A stretch of 64,000 nucleotides of DNA. Origin: Podarcis muralis (Eukaryota). A program made the translations under genes and the position numbers. Below, in pieces: positions 13,031-24,607 of this stretch (position 1 is its first letter; each line of letters starts with the position of its first letter). The stretch covers positions 30,690,001 through 30,754,000 of the forward strand of contig NC_135658.1 of NCBI RefSeq assembly GCF_964188315.1. Direction: 5' to 3'. The notes beneath the pieces were generated by a model, which made no database searches, was not told the origin of the DNA, and saw nothing but the letters and a program-made list of their open reading frames with translations.

Positions 13031-13540
13031 TTTTATTAGCTTTTTTAACATATAATTTTAACATATAATTTCCAACGATCATATAACATAACTTCTTATC
13101 TTATACAATATTTCAGACTTCTGTCAACACCTCTGATGATTTTCCATTCTTTACCACTTATTTTGCATTTCTTAATTTCTGTATTACTCTTAATTATCAT
13201 TAACTAATAATTCTCCTCATAGTCTTTCTTGCAATATTTCAGATAATTCTCCTTACAAAACTTCTTGCAGTCCTACTAGCATAATCTGTTCATTACAATT
13301 GCTTTTCAAATAATTCGTATATTTACTCCAGTCTTCTAAGAATCTCTGGTCCTGCAGGTTTCCAATCCTTCCTGTTAATTTATCCAGTTCTGCATAGTCC
13401 ATCAGTTTCATGTGCCATTTTTCTTTCCTCGGTTATTCTTCTCGCTTCCATTTTTGTGCCAAGCATCTCCAGTATTCATGTCATACTTTATGCTCTCTAT
13501 ATTAAAGGCTGTCCACTGGCTTTGAAGACTTCTACCTCGC
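13030..13540 (-). mobile_element. L1-clade LINE 3' end (ORF2 C-terminus plus 3' UTR)
   Basis: Minus-strand translation LAQKWKREE*PRKEKWHMKLMDYAELDKLTGRIGNLQDQRFLEDWSKYTNYL resembles the ectotherm L1 ORF2 C-terminus; A-rich 3' end. Confidence 0.7.
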
Positions 13541-13677
13541 TGCCAATATTTGGATATTAAAGCTTAGCCCAGGGGTACCCAGCATAGTGTGCTCTAGATA
13601 TTGATGGACTGTAACTCCTGTCATCCTTGACCATTGACCGTGCTGGCTGGGGCTGATGGGTAGGGATGGGCAAATTT

Positions 13678-13755
13678 ATCATAGAATTGTAGAGTTGGAA
13701 GGGTCCACAAAGGTCGTCTAGTCTAACCCTCTGCAATGCAGGAATCTTTTGCTGA
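13678..13755 (-). mobile_element. 3' part of a CR1-tailed SINE
   Basis: Reverse complement of TTCCTGCATTGCAGAGGGTTAGACTAGACGACCTTTGTGGACCCTTCCAACTCTACAATTCTATGAT. Confidence 0.75.
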
Positions 13756-13759
13756 ACTT

Positions 13760-14290
13760 GTGGAATGCTCTTCCCAGGGAGGTTCTCCTAGTTTTGTTTG
13801 TGGAATGCTCTCCTCGGGGCGATTCTCTTGATGCCATCACTCCATAGCTTTAGGCGCCAGGCAAAATAATAATATTTTTTTTCACCAGGACTTTAGCTCC
13901 ACGCTATCTGTAGACTCGAATGGGTGGACCATTTTAATCCTGCCTTTAAAAATAGGATTGTCCTTTGGTTTTCTTCTTTTATGCTGGTCTCAATGCGTGC
14001 CTTTGTTTATACAGGGGTACCTCGGGTTACATACGCTTCAGGTTACAGACTCCGCTAACCCAGAAATAGTGCTTCAGGTTAAGAACTTTGCTTCAGGATG
14101 AGAACAGAAATTGTGCTCCGGCGGTGCGGCAGCAGCAGGAGGCCCCATTAGCTAAAGTGGTGCTTCAGGTTAAGAACAGTTTCAGGTTAAGTGCGGACCT
14201 CCGGAACGAATTAAGTACTTAACCCGAGGTACCACTGTATACTGCAAGTTGCTTTCAGTTACCTTGGTATAAAAAATAAATTTAATAAAT
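13760..14290 (+). mobile_element. L2 3' fragment interrupted by a MITE
   Basis: GTGGAATGCTCT(C)CC...CTTTAGGCGCCAGGCAAAA resembles the L2 ORF2 end (LWNALP...FRR..K); AT-rich tail with AATAAA. Confidence 0.5.
14012..14237. mobile_element. Tc1/mariner MITE, family A
   Basis: TIRs CAG(G/T)GGTACCTCGGGTTA / TAACCCGAGGTACCACTG with TA TSD; five related copies in the window. Confidence 0.9.
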
Positions 14291-14307
14291 AGTAATATCC
14301 TCTATAA

Positions 14308-14663
14308 GGGATGCGGGTGGCGCTGTGGGTTAAACCACAGAGCCTAGGACTTGCCGATCAGAAGGTCAGTGGTTTGAATCCCCGCGACGGGGTGAGCTCC
14401 CATTGCTCGGTCCCTGCTCCTGCCAACCTAGCAGTCCGAAAGCACATCAAAGTGCAAGTAGATAAATAGGTACCGCTCCAGCGGGAAGGTAAACGGCGTT
14501 TCCATGCACTGCTCTGGTTCGCCAGAAGTGGCTTAGTCATGCTGGCCACATGACCTGGAATCTGTACGCCAGCTCCCTCTGCCAATAAAGCGAGATGAGC
14601 GCCGCAACCCCAGAGTCGGTCACGACTGGACCCAATGGTCATGGGTCCCTTTACCTTTACCTT
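14308..14663 (+). mobile_element. Sauria SINE, full length
   Basis: Starts GGGATGCGGGTGGCGCTGTGGG and ends CCCTTTACCTTTACCTT; TSD TAATATCCTCTATAA/TAATATCCTCTATTA (14/15). Confidence 0.9.
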
Positions 14664-17600
14664 TAATATCCTCTATTAATTCAAATGTTATGTTCCCTGA
14701 AGTAGCAGAAGTTGAGCGCTTTATCCCCATCATTGATATAGTCAGAGCAGGATTTGGCCTTGTGCTTCATGTCTTTTACTCTTGCTCCAATTCTTCCGTA
14801 TCTTCCTGTTCTACTTTATATCTGTGTCTGCTTTATTGGTAGCCTTCCCCTATGTACTCTAAGCATTCTGCAAGCAAAGTAAAAAAAGAAAACCATTCCA
14901 GAAGCAATTAATATTAGATAACGACTTTTAAAAGAAAATAAATAAAAGTTATTTAGATTTGTGTGCTCATTAAGTAAAATGCTTTAGTGGCTGCAATTCT
15001 CGAAGTGATAAAAAAACAACTCCAGATAGGTTGCTCAGGGCCAAATTAGGTATTACACAATGTTCTGTGTTACTTTTCTCTGCTTTTTATTCTTTAACAT
15101 ATCAAAAGTCATCTCAGCAGCCTGCCAGTCTGATCAAAGAACTGAATGGCAGAGGAAGCCTACTTAACCCCTTTCTGCCCAGACACATCTCAGCCCAGTT
15201 ATCTTTCCCAAGCTGCTTTTCTACATGTGGGGACAAATAGATGGGGACCCCCAGGGGCTGTTATTCTGCTAGTGCAGCAGACTTCTGCTTGTGCAGTAGA
15301 ACTCCCCCCTCCTCTTCTCTGCAGTCCCCCTTGCATCAGAATCTTTTCCTGAAGTTAGAGGGCACTTCAGAGCAGTTTTTGAGGGCATAAAAGGAGAGGA
15401 GAGAAAAGCAAAGCAAAGTCCTGTTGCTTGATGGAACTCCACATGCAGGTTTGGCTATAAACCTAAACCATTTCAGGCTGCTGGTGGGAAGTGCAATGAT
15501 TTTTGAAGTGACAAATGGCCAGAAGGGAAAGTGTTAAGGACCTTTTCACTCCCATCATTATTGTGTTCTTCTGTTGCTGTTCACCTAGCTGCCCTAATAC
15601 AAAAATGGGGAAGATGCTAAAGGAAATGGCTTGCAAAATTGTGTGTATTATGAAAAATTGCATGTAAAGATGTGTGTATTGGGAAAAATGTGTGATGGTA
15701 TGCTGATGAATTCTTATGAGGACCTTTTTAAAATAAAATAAAATAAAATAACTTCACATACTCATGCAGAACCAAAGTAAACTGAATTTAAGACTGGGGA
15801 GAGATAAGAAACACCTAAATTGATGGATTTGTCTATTCCCTAATCATGAGGCAGGAGAGAATGTGGGCACCACTAAAAATGGTAGCAGAGCAAAGAAATC
15901 AACCTTAAGCTAGTGCTTGAAAGCAGCGATTTCTTATGTGGAGAGTTTTGACTGATGCTAGTACACAGGGGTGGATGTTTTGAATATGGCACCCTGAGTG
16001 AGCCCAAAATTTGGTGCCCCCAAATGGATCTTCTCAGTTATGGGTCTTCTCAATTTTGTGCCCCCTCAGCTCAGCACCCTATGCAGGGAAGCCACCTGCA
16101 CTGCTCTAAAGTTAAACCCTGCACCCCAAACTGGCCCTGAGCTTTCCTCCGCTCTTTCCAGGCATAGGTTGTGATTTAAAGTATCATGTCTAAGAGTCTC
16201 CTTTTTTTGCCCTGGAACTTGCCCTGCAAAAACCCGCTCTTTAAAGCTCAATAGGAGGAAACGTCAATCCCCGGAAAGCTCAATTGGATGTTTGCTCCAA
16301 TTCAGCTTTGCAGAGCTGGTTTCACAAGGAAAGCTGGGGGTGGGGGACACAAAACAACAGCAACAACACAACATGCTCAGACAAAACACGCTCGGATGTG
16401 GAAAGAGCAGTGCAAAAAGTGTGGATAAGCCCTAAAACAATTTCCTCAACAATAACCTAAGTTATTATAATGCTTGTTATGTCATCTTTGCATAATAATC
16501 CACTACTTTCAGGCAACAGCTAAAGATTGGTTTCTTCCTTTGCTCCTCCTGTCATTGGGTGAGAATATCTGGGGTAGGCCACCTCACAGACAATTGTGTC
16601 GCTGAGAATGACAACACTGGGTTGTCTGTGTCAAGGAGAAGCCATCAGCGTGGCATTCAAGAATGGATCCCTCCGGTGTCAGTGTCTTTTTCTGAGCTTA
16701 AACAAAGGACAACTTACTGGCTATTTGGAGGGCAGCTGGGAATGAAATATGAAACGAGCTTTTCTAAAAAAAGTATCCTGCATACAAGACTATGGGTGAC
16801 AAACAGAGATCATGATGCAGGTCATGAACGTACTACAGTCACAGAAATATATTGCAATCAAGCTGGAACTAGTTGTAGATACTAGCCTCCCTGCTGCGGC
16901 GTTTTGTTCTTTCAGGATTATGCTGCAAATCCCGCTGCAAAAACCAGCAGCAACACTTACCTTTATTTGTTTTCCTTTGGGAGGAGAAATCAGGGGAAGC
17001 TTATGGCATTTCTGTGATATTTGAGCGTATTTTCAAATACAAGCTGAGCATAGGTGGAGACAGATGGCACAGCAATGCTCTTTGCACACAGAGCTTGATT
17101 GCATCACCCATGAATGGGGCAGGTGAAGGTATGCCACCTACTCCAACAGTTTATCCCATTCAGAACAGTTAGTGAAGAGCCAGCAATTCCCTGGCTATTG
17201 GTGGTGGTGGAGAATCTGATGGCCTTATGGATCAATAGCCAGGCAGTTTGCTTGATAAAATGGATAAGCTGGGCCTGGATGAGTATGGGAGAGTTATCCA
17301 TGTACACCCCTTTGGGTCTAAAAATGGGACACTTATCCTCTCCCTCTACTTTGGATACATTTGGAGCTAAACCAATGGTAAACATGCGGGTTTCCCACAA
17401 TTCCACAATTTTCTAAGCTGTGTACAAAGATTAAAAAGCCTATGCTACTATGTCACTCCCAATATTATTATTAGAGGCATGTTGCACCACAAGGACAACG
17501 ATTAAACACCTGCAGGTTTGTTTGGTCTTACCTTCCTGTCATCCTTTCTGACTCCCATGATGTTATTTTCTTCCCCAACCCCAGTGCCCTCCAGATGTGT

Positions 17601-18126
17601 CAGACTACAATTCCCACCAGCCAGCACAATTGTTGGAGTTATAGTCAAAAACAGGGTGCTGTCTCAGGGAAGATGGTTCCATTACAGCAGTTCAGCACCC
17701 ACCACCGAAAATTCCTTCTTCTACTCAACTTTCTTTTTTTAACTGCAGCCTTGCCCTTTATCACATCTGTTCATCCCATTGGTATCTATTCTGTTTCTCT
17801 AAAGTGCATCTTATCCCTCTGCTCCTTATGTCTGCAACAAATTACTATGGTCCAGAATGTGATCTCCAAGATAATCCCTGGGGCTGACTCTAGCCTGGGG
17901 AAGTTCATGAATTAAACTGAGATAAATTCAAATGAGCATTTGGGGATTTCCCCCCCAAATATTCTCAGTGCAGTTAGACCAAAACATATACCACAAGGGA
18001 CTCTGAAAGGAGGCGTTCAAAAGCCACATTCAGGCATTTTGAGCAGCTGTGTACTGGAGCCATACAAGGAAGAGGGCATGGCTCAATGTAAGGTTCTAGC
18101 TTTCGCCATTAGAAATTCAATTGAAA

Positions 18127-18213
18127 CAGGGGTGGCTAACCTGGTTATCTTCTAGATGATGTTAGACTGCAACTCCCATCATTCCTGGCCATTGGTCATG
18201 CTGGCTGTGGGTG

Positions 18214-18245
<32 letters not shown>

Positions 18246-19020
18246 TTTTATTTATACCCCACCCTCCCCAGCCAAGGCAGGCTCAGAGCGGCTTACAAGC
18301 AGTAATAAAAACAAGTTGAATGATTACAACTTAAAAACAAAATTAAAATACAGCATTAAAATATTGAAACATTAAAATATTAAAATGTAGCCTCATTGCA
18401 GGAGGAGAAGGAAAAGAAAAAAGAAAGAGAGGGAGGGAATCAAATTGGCTCCAAGCCAAAGGCCAGGCGGAACAACTCTGTATTACAGGCCCTGCGGAAA
18501 GAAATCAGATCCTGCAGGGCCCTGGTCTCATGAGGCAGAGCGTTCCACCAGGCTGGAGCCAGAGTTGAAAAGAGGCCCTGACTCTGGTTGAAGCCAATCT
18601 AACTTCCTTAGGCCCCGGGACCACTAGGGTGTTGCTATTTATGGACCTTGAGGCTCTCCGTGGGGCATACCGGGAGAGGCGGTCCCATAGGTACGAGGGT
18701 CCTAGGCCATGAAGGGCTTTAAAGGTCAAAAGCAGCACCTTAAATCTGACCCTGTACTCCACCGGGAGCCAGTGCAGCTTGAAAATCACTGGGTGAATAT
18801 GCTCCCATGGCAGAGACCCCGTGAGGAGCCTTGCAACAGCATTCTGCACCCGCTGGAGTTTCTGGGACAGCTTCAAGGGCAGCCCCGCGTGGAGCGAATT
18901 ACAGTAGTCAAGCCTGGAGATGACCGTCGCATGGATCACTGTGGCCAGGTCAGGGCGGGAAAGGTAAGGGAATTGCAGTCTCAACAACTGGATGGGATGG
19001 TTATAGCTTTGCCACCCCTG
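18127..19020. mobile_element. hAT hairpin MITE split by an L2 insertion
   Basis: Left half CAGGGGTGGCTAACC...ACTGCAACTCCCATCAT (18127-18212); right half GGGAATTGCAGTC...GCCACCCCTG (~18969-19020); flanks AATTGAAA/ACTTTAAA (6/8). Confidence 0.7.
18213..18968 (-). mobile_element. 5'-truncated L2 LINE with (ATT)n tail
   Basis: ORF 18505-18987: ATVIHATVISRLDYCNSLHAGLPLKLSQKLQRVQNAVARLLTG...LHWLPVEYRVRFKVLLLTFKALHGLGPSYL, typical of the L2 ORF2 C-terminus; (AAT)n at 18213-18244. Confidence 0.9.
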
Positions 19021-19476
19021 ACTTTAAAGGATCACAGATTTTAGAGAAAATAGTAAAAAAGCAGATCAATGGATGATTTAACCATGGCTTGAGTTAGTAA
19101 ACTTTCAAAACCTAAACACATTCTTATCTTCCCTTAAAATGTAATGCTACGTTTAGATCTGGCTCTATAAACTATAGGGGCTCATTCAGACAGAAAAGCT
19201 GTTTATTGAGCATGCACTTATTTATTTATAAACAATATTCATATACCACTGTATACAACACAGAAACAAACAAACACACAGTATAATCATGAAAAAGTTA
19301 AAAGCAAGTTGCAGGGCTGATGTGAGGAGTGGGAGAACTCTTTGGAGAAAAGGGTGGGATATAAATGTAATACATTAATTTTATTTATTTATTCATTGGG
19401 CAATCCTTGGGTCTTAGTATTATCATAGAAGAAGAAACACATTTTCTCAGTGCTCTCTGTCCATGCTGTGTATATA

Positions 19477-19718
19477 CAGTGGTACCTCAGGTTAAGAACT
19501 TAATTAATTCTGGAGCTCCGTTCTTAACCTGAAACTGTTCTTAACCTGAAGCACCACTTTAGCTAATGGGGCCTCCTCCTGCTGCTGCACCACCGGCGTG
19601 CAATTTCTGTTCTCATCCTGAAGCAAAGTTCTTAACCCATGGTACTATTTCTGGGTTAGTGGAGTCTGTAACCTGAAGCGTATGTAACCTGAAGCGTATG
19701 TAACCCGAGGTACCACTG
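19477..19718. mobile_element. Tc1/mariner MITE, family A (opposite orientation to the 14012 copy)
   Basis: TA-CAGTGGTACCTC ... GAGGTACCACTG-TA; internal duplication of TAACCTGAAGCGTATG. Confidence 0.9.
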
Positions 19719-21039
19719 TATTTTTTTAAATAAATCTCCATCATGTCATCCCCTCCCATCAACTTTTTACACACCCTTATAATAAGGGCCCTATGGGCTG
19801 CTTCTCACTTACGCAGGCTGAAATTCAACCAGTGGAACTGTCATTGCATTTCCATACTGGGAAAGGTCATGCTTGTTACATTTATCCCTTTCACGCATCT
19901 GTTTAAGACGCAGTGCACATCTGTGCACACCTTTGTATTGCAGGAGATTGGATTAGATGACCTTTGGGGTCCCCTCTACAATTCTAAGAACCCTGTCAGG
20001 AAGAAAAGGTGGCTTCTTTACTTAGCTGCACCTTACCTGCCCATGGTTTTTGTGCTTTCAATAGCTCTATGAGTGACAGAAATTCACCAGAGTGTAATCT
20101 CTCAGCCTTTTTGATGCTTCGATGCTGGAAGCATTACCTGCTGAATTTCTGCCTTGCATACTGCTGTTAAACACTATTTTCGTATCAGCAGCTCCTTCTG
20201 CCTCCTCCTCCAAGAGGAAAGAACACAGAATTTAGTCTGCATCATCAATGGCAAGGAGCTAGTCGAGACCCCCCCCCCTGCACCCCACCCAGGATATTGC
20301 AATTCTGTTCCATCTTTTTGTGGGTTTTTATTGTTAGCCACTTTGGGAGCTAATCCTGGTGTCAAAAATGAGGTTATAGCACCAAAGTCATTATTTCTGC
20401 TTAAATTTTCCATAAATGTTCTCTTATGTCAGTGAGGAATGACAGCACTCAAAAAAAAATATGCCCTGTGGCTATGAAATATAAATGTAAAAAGTGGATC
20501 TTCCATCACATTGAATAAGCAAATGCGCAGACACAGTGAACTATATTGTCTCGGACAGAATGCATGTGGCTGGTGGTGTCAATAAATAAAAAACAGGCCA
20601 CACAGTGTCAGAAATAACCTCGGGATTAATGGTCCTTGTTCATTTCGATTTACATGATGGATTGTAATAAATTCAGACGAGGAAGAAGACTCACCACGAT
20701 CTCAGGGACAGCTTCTCCCATCTCACAGCCAACACTGGCAATTCTGCTTAGGGAGTCCTCTGGGAAGATTTTGAACACAGCCAGAAATGTTTATCTTCTA
20801 TTAAGTCTTTTGAATTAAGTCTGAGTTCAGTATATAAAATGCAAGTCTTTCAGTGGAGTTACATCAGAGACAAGTTTGGCCTTTGGGGAACTTTCATAAA
20901 GTTTTGGCAGGGTAGGTGAAAACACTGCTACAGTCTCAAACTTCCAAAGTCTGTTTCACATATCATTTCAGGATATGGAAGATTCACGACAAATGAATAA
21001 AACTACTTCTTCGTACAGAGCGTTTGTGGGAGAGGGTAG

Positions 21040-21198
21040 TGGGAGTGGGATTTATTGGTTTGCTTGTGCACACGGGGGAATTTGTTCTTGTTTTTATTAG
21101 GTATTTTGTGTTTTTATTTTGTATTTTTACATTGTGAGCTGCCCTAAGATCTACGGATGAAGGGCGATACACAAAATAAATAGATAGATGATAGATAG

Positions 21199-21231
<33 letters not shown>

Positions 21232-21232
21232 T
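21040..21232 (+). mobile_element. L2-type 3' end with (GATA)n/(GA)n tail
   Basis: TGTGAGCTGCCCTAAGATCTACGGATGAAGGGCGATACAC then a GATA microsatellite; same subfamily as the 63.7-64 kb copy. Confidence 0.65.
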
Positions 21233-21619
21233 AGAACTGGCTCCCACAGGACACACTGATAGCCACAAACTTGGATGGCTTTAAAAGAAGTCTGGAAAAA
21301 TTCATGAAGGACAAGACTTTCAAGGGCTGCTAGCCATGATGGTGGCTATGTTGTGCCTCCATGGTCAGAGGTGATAATGCTTCTTGTTCTTTTTTTGTAA
21401 AAAAATATATTTTTTATTAAAGGTTTTCTTGGTTTACATGTGTGTTGTCTCTCTTTTTCAGGTTGTAAAGTCTTTTCTACAGATCAGTTACATTTGATAC
21501 GAGACATTCATGTCGCATTCACTATAAGCTTGGGGGAAGAGAGTGGGGAAGAGGTCATAATCCTTCTGAATGCACAGCTTCTGGAAGCCAACTGTGATTC
21601 ACTGTATGCAGTGCTGCAT

Positions 21620-22030
21620 TAGATGGGTCAGCGGCCGTAATAGCATATAGAGGGCTTCACTGGGCCAGACCAAAGTCCCATCTGCTCCAGCATCCTGTTC
21701 TCACAGTGGCCAACCAAATGCCCATAGGAAGCCTGCAAGCAGGACCTGAGCAAAATAGTGCTCTCCCCACTTGTAATTCCCAGTACAGTCATACCTTGGG
21801 TTACAGACGCTTCAGGTTGCATTTTTTCGGGTTACGGACCGCCGAAACCCGGAAGTACCAGAACGGGTTACTTCCGGGTTTTGGTGGTCACGCATGTGCA
21901 CAAGCGCCGAATCGCAACCCGTGCATGCGCAGATGCGCCGCTGTAGGTTGCGAACGTGCATCCCGCATGGATCACGTTCGCAACCTGAGCGTCCACTGTA
22001 CTGTAATTGACATTCAGAGGCAATACTGTG
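21620..22030 (-). mobile_element. Old CR1 3' UTR fragment interrupted by a MITE
   Basis: GGGCCAGACCAAAGTCCCATCTGCTCCAGCATCCTGTTCTCACAGTGGCCAACC matches the 48.3-kb copy and is the reverse complement of the 0.9-1.0 kb type of tail. Confidence 0.6.
21786..21998. mobile_element. Tc1/mariner MITE, family C
   Basis: TA-CAGTCATACCTTGGGTTAC ... CGCAACCTGAGCGTCCACTG-TA. Confidence 0.8.
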
Positions 22031-23945
22031 GCCACTCTCTTCTTCTGTCTAAGGCAGCTTCCTAATTCTCCTGCAGGGATGAAATGATATTAACCCGGGG
22101 CAGGAACTCCCCGTTGAAAGGAGTTGGGACCTCCGTTGGGACTTCAAATGTCAGTGGGGATGTAGAATGAGGGCAACCAGCCTACTAATCAGCCTACTAA
22201 TCAACCAGCCTACTAATCTGAAAGCTGCCTTCATTTCTTCCTTCTCTGTAAGGTTGCCCTTTTTTGCACCAGGCACTTTTTCATCTGGTGCGATTGTGCC
22301 TGGGGTGGTCCGTATATATGTGTTTAGTTACTGGAATGTTAACCCAAAGCCCAAGTAATTGTGAGTTGGCATCACCAGTGTTTTCTTTCCCTCTACTGGG
22401 GTGGGGGAGGGAGGTGCTTTGCTTTGCCTTCTTCCTCATCCCTACTTCATTCCTCTGCCAAGTCCTTGTGCTCTCAGCTTCGGCAGACGTGCATCTTCCA
22501 CATTCGCTTTGCCTCTGGTGCATCTCACGTACCCTAACAAAAAGAGCATGGTGCATGTCTTGCGCCAAGGCATCTCCACCTGCTGGCTCTGAAATGATTG
22601 AATCCTGCCATGAGCAAGATATTTCTAGCAGCACAGCCATTATTACTTGCAGTATAAAGGAATGCAAACATAAATCCGTTGCTTTATGTGCTGGCATTCG
22701 CTTCTCGACATTTTAAAGTGTAAGGGAAAGGGGGAGGCAAGATCAGTACACCCTGGTTAGCAATACTGTCTAAAAAGGCGCCTTATCATAGAGACAAAAT
22801 AACACTCTGCATACCTTTGTGACGCCAAACGCAAGTGTACATCCTTTGTTTTCCTCAATATAACTTTATATTCTCATTCAGATTTATGAGCAAAACAACT
22901 ATCTCAGCCCTTCTCAGAAAAACAGAGGTGCAAAATTGAGGTCCGCTTTCTGAATAGTGTCACTTTTGCTCTTAAAAGCTTCCCTGTTCCTTGTTTCAGA
23001 GTTATCTCCTGGCAAGCTTCAGTTGATCTCCTCTAGTCCCTGCAGACATGGCGGAAAGGAACACTTCTTGCACTCTGAATGGTGGGAAGTTTGAGATGTG
23101 TGAAGGTGGTGATGAAAATGAAACCTCTCAGTGGTTTGGCTGAGCTGCCCTACTGCCACAGTGGAGGCAGAGCAAGGAGACAGGCCTCTAGATGGCAGCC
23201 AGATCCTGTGAAGGTGCAGGACTAGCAGAGGGCCTCAGGGATGATGGAGATAAAATACAAATGCATAAAGGGAGGATGGAAGGTCTTGAGAAAATTGTGA
23301 GGCAAGGGAAACAGAGGTAACCAAGAAGTGGGAGGTTGGAAGTAGCACAAACAGAGGCAAATAGCAGCGTGAATTGTAAGGACCACAACACGGCCGGCCC
23401 AACCATTAGGCAGTGAGGCAGCTGCCTCAGGTAGCAGCAGGTGATGAGGTGTTGGAGAACAGAGCCCCCAAAGCTAGGCTGCTGCCCTCAGGTGCATGGG
23501 AAGCTGCTGTTTTGTCACCAGAATTAATTAAGAATTAACTTCCAGCCCAACAGAATAGGACGAGCACGATACCTTTCCCTTTCCCTTAGGCAGAAAAATG
23601 CCTTGGGCTGGCATGTGTTGCAAGGACAGAAAAATTCCCACTCCTTAAGGGCTGTAGTTGAGTGGCAGACAGGACCAGCCCAGGATGTTTTGCTGCTGGA
23701 GACTAAATTGAAAATGTCTTTTCTTCTGCTGTCGCCACAGCCTGAAGTGACCGGAGGTGGCCTGGGGAGTAAAAGGAGGCCGGGGAGGAGTGGGCAGTAG
23801 GGGGGGAGGGCACACTGTGGCAGCGGCAGCTAACAAAAACAGGAGGTGTCAAGCTGCTCAGAGGCCTGATCTCAACACACATCATGGGTGGGGCATCCCT
23901 GGTGGTAGAGCATTTGCTTTGCATGCAGAAGGCTCCGGGTTCCCA

Positions 23946-24093
23946 CAGGTAGTTCAGTTGGTAGAGCATGAGACTCTTGATGTCAGGGCTGTGAGCTTGA
24001 GTCCCACGTTGGGCAAAAGGATTTCTGCATTGCAGGGGCTTGGAGTAAATGACCCTCGCGGTCACTTCCAACTCTATAAGTCTCTGATTCTAT
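23946..24093 (+). mobile_element. tRNA-Lys(CTT)-derived SINE with CR1-like 3' tail
   Basis: TAGTTCAGTTGGTAGAGCATGAGACTCTTGATGTCAGGGCTGTGAGCTTGAGTCCCACGTTGGGCA aligns to vertebrate tRNA-Lys-CTT; tail ends TTCCAACTCTATAAGTCTCTGATTCTAT; GGTTC repeated on both flanks. Confidence 0.8.
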
Positions 24094-24107
24094 GGTTCAG
24101 TCCTTGG

Positions 24108-24425
24108 CAGAGGCGTAGCTGGTGCGTGTGTGAACTGCACTGTGTGGGTGGCACTTACCACGGGGCCTGCTGTGCGCCTGAGCCTTTCCTGGGAGTGACG
24201 CGGTGGCTTGGGCGGTTGCAAACTCCTCGCTGCCTGGAACGGACTCCCTGCAGGCTCTGTGCTGCTTGGAAAAGCAACGCAGGCCTGCAGGGCACTGGAG
24301 TGGAATGTGGCTTGGGCACTGGGATTCTGCCACACCCTGTCCCATCCCACAGCACCTTGCCCCCCAGGCATGGGCTCAGGGTACATGCACCACCGCAGGT
24401 TCCCAAGCGGCTAACTATGCCGCTG
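24108..24425. mobile_element. hAT-type non-autonomous element (318 bp)
   Basis: TIRs CAGAGGCGTAGCT / AACTATGCCGCTG (10/13); 8-bp TSD GTCCTTGG/GTTCTTGG. Confidence 0.72.
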
Positions 24426-24502
24426 GTTCTTGGCAACTGCAGATAGGACAGGGGGAGAACCTTGTCTGAAAGCTTGGAGAGCCACAGCCAGTTAGTGTAG
24501 AC

Positions 24503-24607
24503 CACTGGTGGCCACACTTGGCCCTCCAGATGTTTTGGGAACAGTGGTCAGGGATGATAGGAACTGTAGTCCCAGAACAGCTGGAGGGCCAAGTTTGGCC
24601 ACCACTG
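24503..24607. mobile_element. hAT hairpin MITE, internally deleted
   Basis: CACTGGTGGCCACACTTGGCCCTCCAG ... CTGGAGGGCCAAGTTTGGCCACCACTG; TSD GTGTAGAC/GTGTAAAC. Confidence 0.82.

Noticed and set aside
12829-13051. ORFs containing CVCVCV/THTHTH (also 7467-7821, 12588-12918, 62734-62997)
   Set aside because: Translations of microsatellites.
20695-20800. Minus-strand donor GTG|GTGAGT with a short open frame
   Set aside because: No acceptable acceptor before an upstream stop, and the peptide is unrecognisable.
23946-24020. Apparent tRNA-Lys(CTT) gene (also tRNA-Ala- and tRNA-Ile-like sequences at 23890 and 45178)
   Set aside because: Stems and the B-box are mutated, there is no oligo-T terminator, and each continues into a SINE body, so these are SINE heads rather than tRNA genes.
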